DNA of 64,000 nt from an uncultured virus (IMG/VR IMGVR_UViG_3300049734_000160). Taxonomy: Duplodnaviria > Heunggongvirae > Uroviricota > Caudoviricetes. The position numbers and the translations under genes are program-made. The notes beneath the pieces are model-generated. The model made no database searches, was not told the origin of the DNA, and worked only from the letters and a program-made list of their open reading frames with translations. Shown here one piece after another: positions 39,527-48,607 of the stretch (positions are counted from its first letter, which is position 1; every line of letters starts with the position of its first letter). Location of the stretch: IMG/VR virus record IMGVR_UViG_3300049734_000160; one strand, written 5' to 3'.

Positions 39527-39799
39527 TTAGTTGTTTCCTCCCGTCACTTGGAGTTCGGCGCGAAAGTCTGCCGTGTCGGCCTTTAGTTTTTGCTCCGCGA
39601 TCAGTTCATCCAGGCGAGCGATTACTTTGTCGCGGTTGCCTTTGACACCAAACGTGCGCTTGGCGTAGGCGGTCGCATTTGCGCGGCCCTTGAGTCCGGC
39701 GGCTTCGAGTTTTACCTGTGCCCGGAGAGACATCAGGCGAAACACCTGAATGTGTCCGCCTGTGATTACCGTTGCGTTTCCCGTCTTTTTGATAGCCAT
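39527..39799 (-). CDS. hypothetical early protein
   Basis: leader motif before MAIKKTG; first gene after the promoter. Confidence 0.7.
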   Translation of the reverse strand: MAIKKTGNATVITGGHIQVFRLMSLRAQVKLEAAGLKGRANATAYAKRTFGVKGNRDKVIARLDELIAEQKLKADTADFRAELQVTGGNN

Positions 39800-39860
39800 G
39801 TTGTCGTTTCCTTTCGTTTGATAGATTAGCGGTTTTGGAATAGTTGTGTGCTCAAGAATA

Positions 39861-39889
39861 ACTATACTCGCATGAGAGAACGATTGCAA
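39861..39889 (-). promoter_or_regulatory. sigma70 promoter with operator-like spacer
   Basis: TTGCAA-TCGTTCTCTCATGCGAG-TATAGT (17-nt spacer). Confidence 0.8.
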
Positions 39890-39950
39890 GGGTTTCTTAA
39901 CGCGCTATTACGCGGTGATTCAAACGCGCCTAAAAACGTGCCTGTAAACG

Positions 39951-39988
39951 CGCTATCCGTTCCCCGGTGACAACGGGAACGGATAGCG
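39951..39988. terminator. strong hairpin separating the two early transcription units
   Basis: CGCTATCCGTTCCC...GGGAACGGATAGCG perfect 14-bp stem. Confidence 0.7.
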
Positions 39989-40015
39989 GCTTTGTCGGGC
40001 TTGTGTGTTTTGTGG

Positions 40016-40372
40016 TCAGCCGTGGGAGGACGCGGCGGCTTTTTCCCGGCACTCGGCGGAGGCTTTGGAGTAGGGGTTGTCCTCGTCGTTACGCGGCCAG
40101 CCGCAGCCGTTCAGGTGACAGAATTGCTCGATGTAGAGGCGAACCACAGGATGCCGATTGACATAGTCGGTTGATTGGTCACCGACTGCTTTTCCCTCTT
40201 CCCATATCGCGTCAATGTCCGCGGCCAAGGATTTGACAAGACCGGAGAGATTGCAGGCGGATTGCGATAGCAGGGCGCGGTCGTACATGTTCCAGACTAC
40301 GGGTTTAGTGGGTTCGGGTTGTTGGGCTTGTTGTGAACGGGCTGCAAATTCGATTTCACTGTAGACAGTCAT
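40016..40372 (-). CDS. hypothetical early protein
   Basis: QSACNLSGLV...NRHPVVRLY; leader motif. Confidence 0.7.
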   Translation of the reverse strand: MTVYSEIEFAARSQQAQQPEPTKPVVWNMYDRALLSQSACNLSGLVKSLAADIDAIWEEGKAVGDQSTDYVNRHPVVRLYIEQFCHLNGCGWPRNDEDNPYSKASAECREKAAASSHG

Positions 40373-40914
40373 TGTTGTGTCCCTTCGTTGATTTTGTTTT
40401 TGTGGCCATGGGCGCGGTGATAGCTCAGAGCATTCTCTAACTCTTCGACTAGGCCGCTTGGTTGCTGGTCGCGGGAGAATGATTCTTCGAGCCAGGTTAA
40501 GGCGTTTTGCGCGGCCTTTTCGAGCATTTCGGCGGCCCATCTTTCGGCGCGCAGAGCGCGACGGTGATCGCGGTTTTCGGCGGCGCCAAGCTGAAATTGC
40601 GCGGCCTCTTCGTGGAGGTTGAATTCTTCGAGTAGCAAGCGGCAGAGCTCGATCACTTCGTCGGGTTCCCAGGAATAGAACGCGCCCACGGTGGCCACGA
40701 GACCATGCCGGAAAGCGTCCTCTTCGCGGGCTTGTTCGATGATGCCGCAAGGCAGATTAGTCAGGCGGTCGTGAATTGCTTGGCCGACTGCGTGGCTTGT
40801 CAGGTTAGTGGCAAAGCGGCCCGCGCATTCACTGACACGTTTGATGTTTGTGATTAGCTGATCGTCGGTAAAGCCGAACGGTCGCAGGTGATCGTTTACT
40901 TCGTAGGGTTGCAT
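40369..40914 (-). CDS. hypothetical early protein
   Basis: leader motif before MQPYEVND; ATGA coupling. Confidence 0.7.
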   Translation of the reverse strand: MQPYEVNDHLRPFGFTDDQLITNIKRVSECAGRFATNLTSHAVGQAIHDRLTNLPCGIIEQAREEDAFRHGLVATVGAFYSWEPDEVIELCRLLLEEFNLHEEAAQFQLGAAENRDHRRALRAERWAAEMLEKAAQNALTWLEESFSRDQQPSGLVEELENALSYHRAHGHKNKINEGTQQ

Positions 40915-41034
40915 TGGTTGTTGTTGTCCTTTCGTGTTTTCCGTACTTTTGCTCAGAATTGACCTGTGAGACGTTTTTCGCGATTCGGGCAAGGGAATGG
41001 ACTCGTTTTACGCGAATCGCGAAGCACGCGATTG

Positions 41035-41403
41035 TTACGCCGCAACGGCGGCACTCTCTGATTCAGACTCAGACTCTGATTCTGACGCGTGGGCGAATTT
41101 GCCAAGCTCGCCCAGGTTGCTGGTGAAGGCGATTGCTTTGGTGCGCCCAAAGGTGAAGCCCTTCGTATCGCTCGCCTTCGCCTTCAGCGTGATAGTGGCG
41201 AAGCCTTTGTATTCGCCCAGGGAAACGAGATCGTTTTCTTCGACGTCGCGGTCTTGCGCGAAGGCGATCACGGCGTCCACGTGGCGCATGATCAATTGGG
41301 CTTTGCGCCCGCCCACGGTCACGCCTTTCGCGTTTGGTTTAGCGCCCGTCGGCGTCAGTGTGATAGTTGGGTTTCCTTTGTATTCTCCGCGTGTTGCTGG
41401 CAT
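41035..41403 (-). CDS. internally duplicated small protein with acidic (ES)n tail, possible ssDNA-binding
   Basis: two GEYKG..TITL...G.T.G..KA repeats. Confidence 0.7.
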   Translation of the reverse strand: MPATRGEYKGNPTITLTPTGAKPNAKGVTVGGRKAQLIMRHVDAVIAFAQDRDVEENDLVSLGEYKGFATITLKAKASDTKGFTFGRTKAIAFTSNLGELGKFAHASESESESESESAAVAA

Positions 41404-41475
41404 GGTTGTTGTCCTCATTTCGTTGATTGATAAAGCATGGCAGACTCACGCCGTAACGCGGTCTGCCAAACTGCA

Positions 41476-41727
41476 TCAAGCGCACTCGCAAGATTGCGGG
41501 TGGTTGAGAATGCAATTGAGTGCTACGGGATCTTGTGCGTCGCGGTCGGCGCAGATATCACAGGGTTCTTCGTCGCTGGTGAGTTCGCCGAACTTGTGCA
41601 GGGTGTAGTGTTCGCGGCAAAGGTAGGTATCGCCCATTGCGCCGCCAGCGCACGCCAGGAGCGTTAGGTCTGCCATGTAGCCATGGTCGCGAGTGTTGCT
41701 ACAGACTTCACAGTAGTTTGTGGTCAT
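41476..41727 (-). CDS. Cys-rich hypothetical protein
   Basis: 83 aa; leader motif. Confidence 0.6.
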   Translation of the reverse strand: MTTNYCEVCSNTRDHGYMADLTLLACAGGAMGDTYLCREHYTLHKFGELTSDEEPCDICADRDAQDPVALNCILNHPQSCECA

Positions 41728-41739
41728 TGTTGTCGCCTT

Positions 41740-41994
41740 TCATTTGTCGAATTCACGCGGCCACGAGAAGCCCGCGGATTTAGGTTGTTTGTAGAGCGTA
41801 TCGGTCGCTGGTACGTCGTACCACTGGCCGCGAATTGGCCCAACAGTTAAGACTTGGAGTTGATTCTTGACTTGGCGCACGTCGCAGATATGCCAGCGCG
41901 TGACCAGACCCGCGTACTTCCAGAATACGCGGGAGGTCTTATCGCGGAGCGCGGCGGCAACGAGCGGCGCGGAGTGTGGCAGGATGGTAATCAT
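41740..41994 (-). CDS. hypothetical protein
   Basis: ATGA coupling. Confidence 0.55.
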   Translation of the reverse strand: MITILPHSAPLVAAALRDKTSRVFWKYAGLVTRWHICDVRQVKNQLQVLTVGPIRGQWYDVPATDTLYKQPKSAGFSWPREFDK

Positions 41995-42341
41995 GCGTAA
42001 CTCCCGCGTTCGACAATATCGCCCCAGGTAGTGACGCGGTAGCGCCCATCGGTGAAACGGATAATGGTCACGCTGTAGCTATCGCCAGTGTTGAGATATT
42101 CGAAGGAAGGCGATCTGCGCGTACCGTTTCCTCGCTGGTATTCCACGCCAAACGCTTCAATTTCCGCGTTGAGTGCGCGCAGTCGGAGATCTCGCAGATC
42201 GGGCTCGCTATAGCATTCGCGGACACGCGCAATCGCAGCCGGATGTTCGCGTACCGCGTCCGCAGAGGTTAGCAATCGTTTTAAGGTTTTACCCTTGCCA
42301 GGGAAAGCGGATTCGAGTGTTTTTATGCTTGGTGTATTCAT
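41991..42341 (-). CDS. conserved phage hypothetical protein (FGVE...YLNTGDSY..TI...WGDIVE)
   Basis: recognisable motif; ATGA coupling. Confidence 0.75.
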   Translation of the reverse strand: MNTPSIKTLESAFPGKGKTLKRLLTSADAVREHPAAIARVRECYSEPDLRDLRLRALNAEIEAFGVEYQRGNGTRRSPSFEYLNTGDSYSVTIIRFTDGRYRVTTWGDIVERGSYA

Positions 42342-42592
42342 GATTCGATCTCCGCGATTGTGTGCCATTTATCGGCGTGACACTGTTCACCAAAGGCGAT
42401 AGATCCGGCGAAGGGTTTGGTGTCCACGGTGCGACGTTCAAGACGAGCGTAGCCATAGTGCACGGCCCATAGTTCAGCCTTGCTCCATTGTGCGGGTTGG
42501 GTGGTAAAGACACCAGATTCGTAGACTGTTTCAGTTTGTTCGGCATTCATCACCAGGATGCGCCACTGATAGAAAGCGTTAATGGTGGTCAT
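42338..42592 (-). CDS. hypothetical early protein
   Basis: leader motif before MTTINAF. Confidence 0.6.
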   Translation of the reverse strand: MTTINAFYQWRILVMNAEQTETVYESGVFTTQPAQWSKAELWAVHYGYARLERRTVDTKPFAGSIAFGEQCHADKWHTIAEIES

Positions 42593-42677
42593 TGTTGTTT
42601 GTTGTTTTGTCCTTTCGTGGAGGTTTGATAACTCCGCCAAGCGCACGATACGCATCGTCGTGCGCGAAGCGCAGGCA

Positions 42678-43289
42678 TCAAAGCTCATCAGGCGACCATT
42701 GCCTCTGAATCTCAGGACAGACACAAGCGCAGGCCCAACAATGACCTTGCTGCGAGTGCTGCTCTAACGTGTGCGGACATTGCGAACATTGCGCGCCAGG
42801 TTCTAACGGATTGTCGCCTTCCTCATCTTCCTCAAGCTCGCCTTCTGCTTTCTCAATCGCGGCGTCCATCATGCCGATCACATAGCAATTCTCAAACGGC
42901 GAAGTCGGATCGTCGTAAATGCACATGCCCACCGAATCGGCGTGTTCCCAGGCGTCATGCGTGTGGTTCTCGCACGTGTTCGCCTTGTACTCGGTAACTA
43001 CCCACCAACAACCATCACGATCAATAAGCTCGCAAATGCGCTTGCGTTCTTCCTCTGCCGTTACTCGCTTACCGTTGATGTCAGTGTAACCATCAGGCTT
43101 GCCATACACGCCGAAATAACTCTCTTCTTCCGGCTCTGCCTTGATGCGTACTAAACCTTCATCCTCAAGCTCGCGAAACCGGATCAGTGTCTTAGCGGCG
43201 GCTAATGCCTGTTGCGCATTCTCGCCATAAAGCATGAATGGCGAATGCTCCCGAAACTTCGCGTAAAGAGTTCGTATCTGTCTATCCAT
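42678..43289 (-). CDS. hypothetical early protein
   Basis: 203 aa; leader motif. Confidence 0.7.
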   Translation of the reverse strand: MDRQIRTLYAKFREHSPFMLYGENAQQALAAAKTLIRFRELEDEGLVRIKAEPEEESYFGVYGKPDGYTDINGKRVTAEEERKRICELIDRDGCWWVVTEYKANTCENHTHDAWEHADSVGMCIYDDPTSPFENCYVIGMMDAAIEKAEGELEEDEEGDNPLEPGAQCSQCPHTLEQHSQQGHCWACACVCPEIQRQWSPDEL

Positions 43290-43362
43290 TGTGTTGTTGT
43301 CCTTTCCCGTTTTGATTAAGACCAGCGCAATGCGTCGCGAAGCGACGCGCTACGCTTGACTA

Positions 43363-43923
43363 TCAAACTCCAAACGCACTAGCCATTTCGCCAGCAATGC
43401 GCGTCAACTCCCGCGTATCCTCATCCAAGATGTTCAGATCCGCACATTTCACACACAAGCCATTGAAACCGTCCACGGAACACTGAGCACAGCGAATCGG
43501 CTGCCGTGCATCCATTGTCGCGACATGGCTCGCCCAACAAGCTGGACACAGCATCCTGTTTCCGACTATCACGTGATGATCATCAATAACGGCAGGACAT
43601 GCGGAGCAAACTGTCTCCCATTTATCCACTGGCAACTTGATACCGCACGATACACAAAGCTCCTGATTTGCCGCGTCAGGAGCGAATACCGCATCGCAGG
43701 AAACACATGAGCGAACCTGCCAATCGTCATTATTTGCCTTTCCCAAAAGAATCGGTTCTGCGTCGATAAGTTGTTGTACCAGTTGCTTTGCCTGCGCTTC
43801 CAAGCGGTTCGTAACGCGGTTAATCAGGTGCCAATTGGCGTGCTCATCCTTTGCGGCTGCTTCTACCCGCTTTTCGACCATCATCTGAAGTGACTCGGTG
43901 TTGATCTCGATCTCGTTTAGCAT
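43363..43923 (-). CDS. multi-CxxC hypothetical protein, first gene of the early array
   Basis: 186 aa; leader motif. Confidence 0.65.
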   Translation of the reverse strand: MLNEIEINTESLQMMVEKRVEAAAKDEHANWHLINRVTNRLEAQAKQLVQQLIDAEPILLGKANNDDWQVRSCVSCDAVFAPDAANQELCVSCGIKLPVDKWETVCSACPAVIDDHHVIVGNRMLCPACWASHVATMDARQPIRCAQCSVDGFNGLCVKCADLNILDEDTRELTRIAGEMASAFGV

Positions 43924-43961
43924 TTGTGTTGTTGTTTTCCTTTATCAGAATCGGATTAGAC

Positions 43962-44004
43962 TTCTCTCATGCGAGACGGTAGCACGAGTTCGCGAAGCGC
44001 GCAA
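43962..44004 (-). promoter_or_regulatory. promoter of the early array with operator-like site at the start
   Basis: TTGCGC-17 nt-TACCGT followed by CTCGCATGAGAGAA. Confidence 0.6.
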
Positions 44005-44317
44005 TACCCTAGTTTCATTTTTACGTGAGTCGAGTAGCATCGACTGTGTGCGTCATGGTCTCGCTCCCTGGTGACAGTGGAGACCAGCGACGCATGAGTG
44101 ACAAGCTCGAAGGGCGGCGAGTGAACGAACGGCGGCGAAGGACGAAGGCAAAAGATTTTTGCGGCGGCGGCGGCGGCGGCAGAAACAGAGGGGGGGGGCG
44201 GCCTCCGAAACTTTTGCTCGCGGGCCGCGATCGATGACCGGAATCTTACCCCTGGGCCGATATTTGGGGCAAAAAAGGTACAGAAAAGGGCGGAATCCTG
44301 ATATAAGGGGGTAACTA

Positions 44318-44575
44318 ATGCCTCTTTATCAGATACAGGACGGGGACCGGCCGTGTTGGGTTGTGGCAACGACATGGGATGATGCGCTTACGCAGTGGCG
44401 AGCGGTAATCGCGCGGGAGAACGACGACATGGACGAGGCGGAGCCGGAGGGGATCGCGCGCATTTGCGACGACGACGAGTTGATAATCCACGGCGAGCTA
44501 CAGTCGGAGGTACCTTTTGTGTACCGGAGGTATGGGGGTCGCAAGTTGGACCAGTCTCCAGCCGGTGGCGAGTAG
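44318..44575 (+). CDS. hypothetical protein
   Basis: 85 aa; AGGGGG SD. Confidence 0.6.
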   Translation: MPLYQIQDGDRPCWVVATTWDDALTQWRAVIARENDDMDEAEPEGIARICDDDELIIHGELQSEVPFVYRRYGGRKLDQSPAGGE

Positions 44576-44949
44576 TCATTTTTGCTGGGGTTTTTGGGTT
44601 TTTGGGCGCCGGGACCAGCCGGCGAAAGAGGCACAGGAGAAGTGGGCAGATTTGGGGTTTTTGGAGTGGGAGTGGGCGCGGGCGAAGTGTTGGCCGGTGG
44701 CGGCATTTTCGGAAGGGGGAAGAGGTAGTGATTGGGATTGACGGGCACTCGCGGGAGGGGCGCGTGATGCTAGTTTCGGAGAACGGGGTAAGTTTAGTGT
44801 TGGGAATTAACGGATTTTTGGGCGGCTATCTAGGTCACATACCGGTAATGTGGGACGCGCGGCGAGCGGAGTTCATAGAGATCATTGAGGGGCAGAGAGT
44901 AAGTATCCAGCCGGTGGACGGGTAGCATATTTACTGGGGTTTTTAGGGA

Positions 44950-44984
44950 AAGAGCCCGTCCAAACCGGTTAAGGGCGGGCTCTT
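44950..44984. terminator. hairpin
   Basis: AAGAGCCCGTCC...GGGCGGGCTCTT. Confidence 0.55.
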
Positions 44985-45255
44985 GCGTATTTACTGGCTA
45001 ATCGAAGGAAGGAGCACCGGAGGCGACAAGTTTTGGTGGCCGACTCGACGGTTCAGATGTAGAGCCGGCCGGGCATTCGCTTCGGTGCGGGGCGGAGGAT
45101 AGCACGGCTGGGCAAAAATACACAATAGGTGTAGAGTGCGGGTGTTGGGATATTAGATTGTGCCCGCGGTGCTGAGCCCGTAAGAGGTAGTGCCCCGTTA
45201 GTTTGTTGCCAAATCCGCGCTGTTGTGATCAAATAATTAGCGGAGGCTCACACCA

Positions 45256-45453
45256 ATGGAAGAACGTAAAGATCGGCCCGATTGTAGGGCCTGGACGGAT
45301 GAAGAAATAGCGCGGGCGAAAGTGACGGAACCGCCGTCGCCGTGCTCTTACACGAGTCCAGCCGCAGCTTATGAGCTACATGCCGGGGACATCCATTTCA
45401 TCGATCCGAAATTCAACTTTGACTTGCCGCGACTTCCTCAAAACAGGGAATAG
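45256..45453 (+). CDS. hypothetical protein
   Basis: GGAGG SD; 65 aa. Confidence 0.4.
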   Translation: MEERKDRPDCRAWTDEEIARAKVTEPPSPCSYTSPAAAYELHAGDIHFIDPKFNFDLPRLPQNRE

Positions 45454-45487
45454 TTTGCGAAGCTGTGGATCGAAATAATCTTTCAGC

Positions 45488-45685
45488 ATGGACCAGTATC
45501 CGCCCCGTGGGCAGGTGGCATTTTTCTTAGGGAAAACGCCAATTCCGGATGGACTCTACCGGGTGAAAACGGCGCATTTGTGTGCTGGTTTTGTGGTTGA
45601 GGACGGCCGGGTAGTGATGTGCGCGCCAATTTTGCGCGCCAGGTTTGGCTATTGGCTAAAAAGAGCGAAAAAGGTCAAGGAATAA
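45488..45685 (+). CDS. small conserved phage protein (LYRV....LCAGFVV.DGRVV.CAPILR)
   Basis: recognisable motif. Confidence 0.6.
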   Translation: MDQYPPRGQVAFFLGKTPIPDGLYRVKTAHLCAGFVVEDGRVVMCAPILRARFGYWLKRAKKVKE

Positions 45686-45841
45686 GCCGCTGGCCGACGC
45701 TGGAATTGCCGCCTTGCCCGGTGAGTGCCCAAACGCATGGGGATCCAGCCGGCTGGACGAAGAAAGAGTGGCGCCGGTTTCGCAGTTGGGCGCGGAGCTT
45801 GAAGGATTATCCGGGACACGGACCGGGAGGGGGTGGTGAAA

Positions 45842-46123
45842 ATGTCGAAAGTGACGAAAGTGACGGGCGAAACAGTTAATATTCTCGGACCGCCGCGGGT
45901 TTATCTGCCGCTGGAGGTCGCTCTGGCCATGGCTGACGATGGACCAAAGGACGAGGGCGACATTCTCTACACGCGCGCCAATTTATTGAACCCGCTGCTG
46001 TGTGCCCGGGAAATCGCTCGCTTTTTGCACGCCTCAACCCCGCTGACTTTGGGCGAGCCGGCCATTAAGGACCTCGCTACCATCATCGCGAGACACATAA
46101 TTGTAGGTTCACCCGTGAAATAG
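45842..46123 (+). CDS. hypothetical protein
   Basis: G-rich SD; operon packing. Confidence 0.45.
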   Translation: MSKVTKVTGETVNILGPPRVYLPLEVALAMADDGPKDEGDILYTRANLLNPLLCAREIARFLHASTPLTLGEPAIKDLATIIARHIIVGSPVK

Positions 46124-46134
46124 GGACAACAACC

Positions 46135-46620
46135 ATGAGAAACCATCAGAAATGGACACCACACCGGAAAACGGCCGGCCAAAGTGAGCTATGGGGCGTC
46201 GTCGTCGACGGTGATCCGGAGCAAGTTATCGTGCGCCATACCACCAAACTAGACGGTCCCGACTGCCAGATGATCGCCTTCGCTCACAATGCCCATTTGG
46301 AGCGCGGCGAAGATGAGAAGTTTTGGGTCAAAAGCCTCGTCAATCCCCAACTGCAACCAAAAATTCAGGTCAGCTTCGGCCAGGAAGTGTTCATGCTGGG
46401 CGCCCCGGAAGCCCGCGGTATCGTCCGCGATATCCTCGAAGCCCTCGAAGCCAGCATGTCCGACGCCCTGCTCGTCAGATTCCTCCAGGGGGTCGTGCTC
46501 AAAGACCTGGAGGACCCTAAACAAGTACAACAAATCACCGGCCTGATGCTCGAACAGTTCCGCGACTTCCGCGAACGGCTTTTGCACCCAACGGCGCAGG
46601 AAACTGAGGGCGAAAATTGA
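46135..46620 (+). CDS. hypothetical protein
   Basis: AGGGACAACAACC leader; 161 aa. Confidence 0.65.
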   Translation: MRNHQKWTPHRKTAGQSELWGVVVDGDPEQVIVRHTTKLDGPDCQMIAFAHNAHLERGEDEKFWVKSLVNPQLQPKIQVSFGQEVFMLGAPEARGIVRDILEALEASMSDALLVRFLQGVVLKDLEDPKQVQQITGLMLEQFRDFRERLLHPTAQETEGEN

Positions 46621-47111
46621 CGCTTGCGCTATTTTTCACACGTTGCCAACTGGCAACATCTTGAACAGACGAAAATGCGACCTTGCTCACCAAAATGTAA
46701 AAGTGGCCCCCAAAGAGGGCTAGCCAAAACCCGGGTTTTGGCTGCTTTTTTCTCGCATGAGAGAAGGTGCAAGGGTTAAAATCTTTCCGGTCAAGGGGTT
46801 AAACGGATAAACATGACATTTTGTCTACACTGTGAGGAAGAGGTTACAGGTGCGGAAATCGCCGCAGATATGGCCTTGCCGGTTAATGGCGAGCGCGGAT
46901 GATGGGGCTGACGCCGTTAAATGACACTTTTGTGCCGCACCGCAACCGGGTAAGCCGTGTTAGACTGTTTCCCGGATCGGGACAAACAAACGATCCTCCT
47001 GTGAAATGCAGAGCTTGACCGCCCGGGTCCTTCTTTTTATTCCTTGTTTGAGCGATCTGGGCGGTCCTTTTTCTCGCCTCTCGCAAATTCGCGTGACACC
47101 CACCGGCTTCC

Positions 47112-47209
47112 TGATTTAATATCGCGCCCGAACACAATTAGGGTGGCACGTTAGCAAAACGCGCCTGGTATGCCGTTAAAGCGGCTTTGCCAGGCGCTTT
47201 CGTCTTTTT
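47112..47209 (+). promoter_or_regulatory. late-type promoter/leader/terminator element, copy 1
   Basis: TGnTTTAATATC...GGTGGCACG...GCGCCTGG-GCCGTTAAAGCGG-CCAGGCGC-T tract; second copy at 56414. Confidence 0.7.
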
Positions 47210-47232
47210 GGGCTCGCGAAAGGAATCAGGCG

Positions 47233-47646
47233 ATGGCTACGTTCAATAAGATCAACTCCTTCGTTGAGGCGCTGGCTGAGAAGGTCCATAACCTGGGCGC
47301 CGACGTGCTTACGGTCTTTCTCACCACCAACGCTAATGCGCCCACCGCCGGCAATACTCAGTTGTCGCAAATCACGCAGATCGCCTATACGAACCTCTCG
47401 GCGCGCGCGATTACTACCGTTTCCAGTCTGCAGACTGGCGGTCTCTACAAGTTGATTCTCACGGACCTGGTGCTGACCGCCTCGGGCGCCGTGGCGACCT
47501 TTCGCATGGTGGGCATTTACAATGACACGGCCACCAACGACGAGCTTGTCTGCTGGTTCGACTACGGCTCGGACGTCACGCTCGCCTCGGGCGAAACTTT
47601 CACCATCGACTTTGATGGTACCAACGGTTTGTTGACCATTCAGTAA
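47233..47646 (+). CDS. conserved virion structural protein (MATFNK.NSFVEALAE family)
   Basis: recognisable motif ...DYGS.VTL.SGETFTIDF. Confidence 0.75.
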   Translation: MATFNKINSFVEALAEKVHNLGADVLTVFLTTNANAPTAGNTQLSQITQIAYTNLSARAITTVSSLQTGGLYKLILTDLVLTASGAVATFRMVGIYNDTATNDELVCWFDYGSDVTLASGETFTIDFDGTNGLLTIQ

Positions 47647-47660
47647 GGAGCGCTCTTTCC

Positions 47661-48140
47661 ATGGACCGAGCAAGAAACTATCAGCAAGTACTCGCCGAAC
47701 AACGCGCCGCGCTCGACGAGTACGCGGAGTTGGCGCGCAATGCTGATTCCAGTCAAAGCGCGTTGGCTGAGGCGTCGACCAAAGTACGCAACCTGTCGCG
47801 CGAGTTAAGCGCTGCCATTAGCGCCGGGGCGGATGTTTGCAAGCAGTGTACGCAGCCGCCCATGGGCATGGTGAAAACGCCCAGCTACTTCAATGGCGGC
47901 GTCGAAGTGCCGGCCGTCTACGAAGTGGGTTGCGTCTACTGCGATCCGGTGCTGGTCGATAGTCCCGAGCGCGGCGTGATCGTCAACCTCGACGGCAATG
48001 AACGGCGCGTACTGCGTCGCTCGTTCTCCGCCCGCGGCGGCTCGCCCGAAGAGGCAGTTAAGCGCTGGAACCAGGGCGATTTCGTCGAGGACCAATTTAT
48101 TGAACGTATGCCCGGTCTGGTCGCGCGCCGAGCAGGCTAA
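47661..48140 (+). CDS. hypothetical protein with CxxC...CxxC
   Basis: AAGGAG SD. Confidence 0.65.
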   Translation: MDRARNYQQVLAEQRAALDEYAELARNADSSQSALAEASTKVRNLSRELSAAISAGADVCKQCTQPPMGMVKTPSYFNGGVEVPAVYEVGCVYCDPVLVDSPERGVIVNLDGNERRVLRRSFSARGGSPEEAVKRWNQGDFVEDQFIERMPGLVARRAG

Positions 48141-48154
48141 AGAGGGAGACCGCC

Positions 48155-48604
48155 ATGAGCAGATATAGCGTCAATGGCGCGGCTGCGGCCGCCGCCAACA
48201 AAACGCAGATTGAGTTGCGCTCCGCCACCACGGTGCGGCCCAGGATTTATCACCTGTGGATATCCTCTCACGCCACTCCCGACGACAATGTCGCCGAACT
48301 CGTCCTCAAACGCACTACCACCGCCGGCTCGGGCGGCTCGACCATGACCCCGGCGCTCGTGAACCCGGCGGATCCGCGCGTCGCTATCTGCACCTGCCGC
48401 TATGCCCACACAGGTGAACCCACCTACACCGCCGGCTCGGAGCTTTTGGCTTTTGCCTTCAATCAACGTAGCTCGCCGCAATGGATGGCCTATCCGGACG
48501 GTGAACTCTATCTGCCCGCTGCTGACAACGGTCTGGGCCTGCTGTGTCTGTCGGTGGCGCCCGCAGGTTTCAATGGTCGCTATCAAATGTTCTTTGAGGA
48601 ATAA
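48155..48604 (+). CDS. jelly-roll-like virion protein
   Basis: 149 aa, beta-rich, ends FFEE. Confidence 0.6.
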   Translation: MSRYSVNGAAAAAANKTQIELRSATTVRPRIYHLWISSHATPDDNVAELVLKRTTTAGSGGSTMTPALVNPADPRVAICTCRYAHTGEPTYTAGSELLAFAFNQRSSPQWMAYPDGELYLPAADNGLGLLCLSVAPAGFNGRYQMFFEE

Positions 48605-48607
48605 GCG

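Larger units (their letters stand above)
35431..43367 (-). repeat. six dispersed related hairpins TTGAT...ATCAA (35431-35483, 37805-37855, 38469-38523, 41427-41479, 42624-42682, 43311-43367)
   Basis: hand folding gives about 22-26 bp imperfect stems with G-U pairs; each lies between a stop codon and the next RBS. Confidence 0.85.

Noticed and set aside
35431..43367. Canonical integron attC array or CRISPR array
   Set aside because: No RYYYAAC/GTTRRRY ends, the integrase looks like an attP-type phage Int, repeats are not identical, the intervening DNA is whole genes, and no cas genes are present.
47143..47160. Sigma54 promoter from TGGCACG (also at about 56444)
   Set aside because: Neither copy has the TTGC -12 box at the required spacing.
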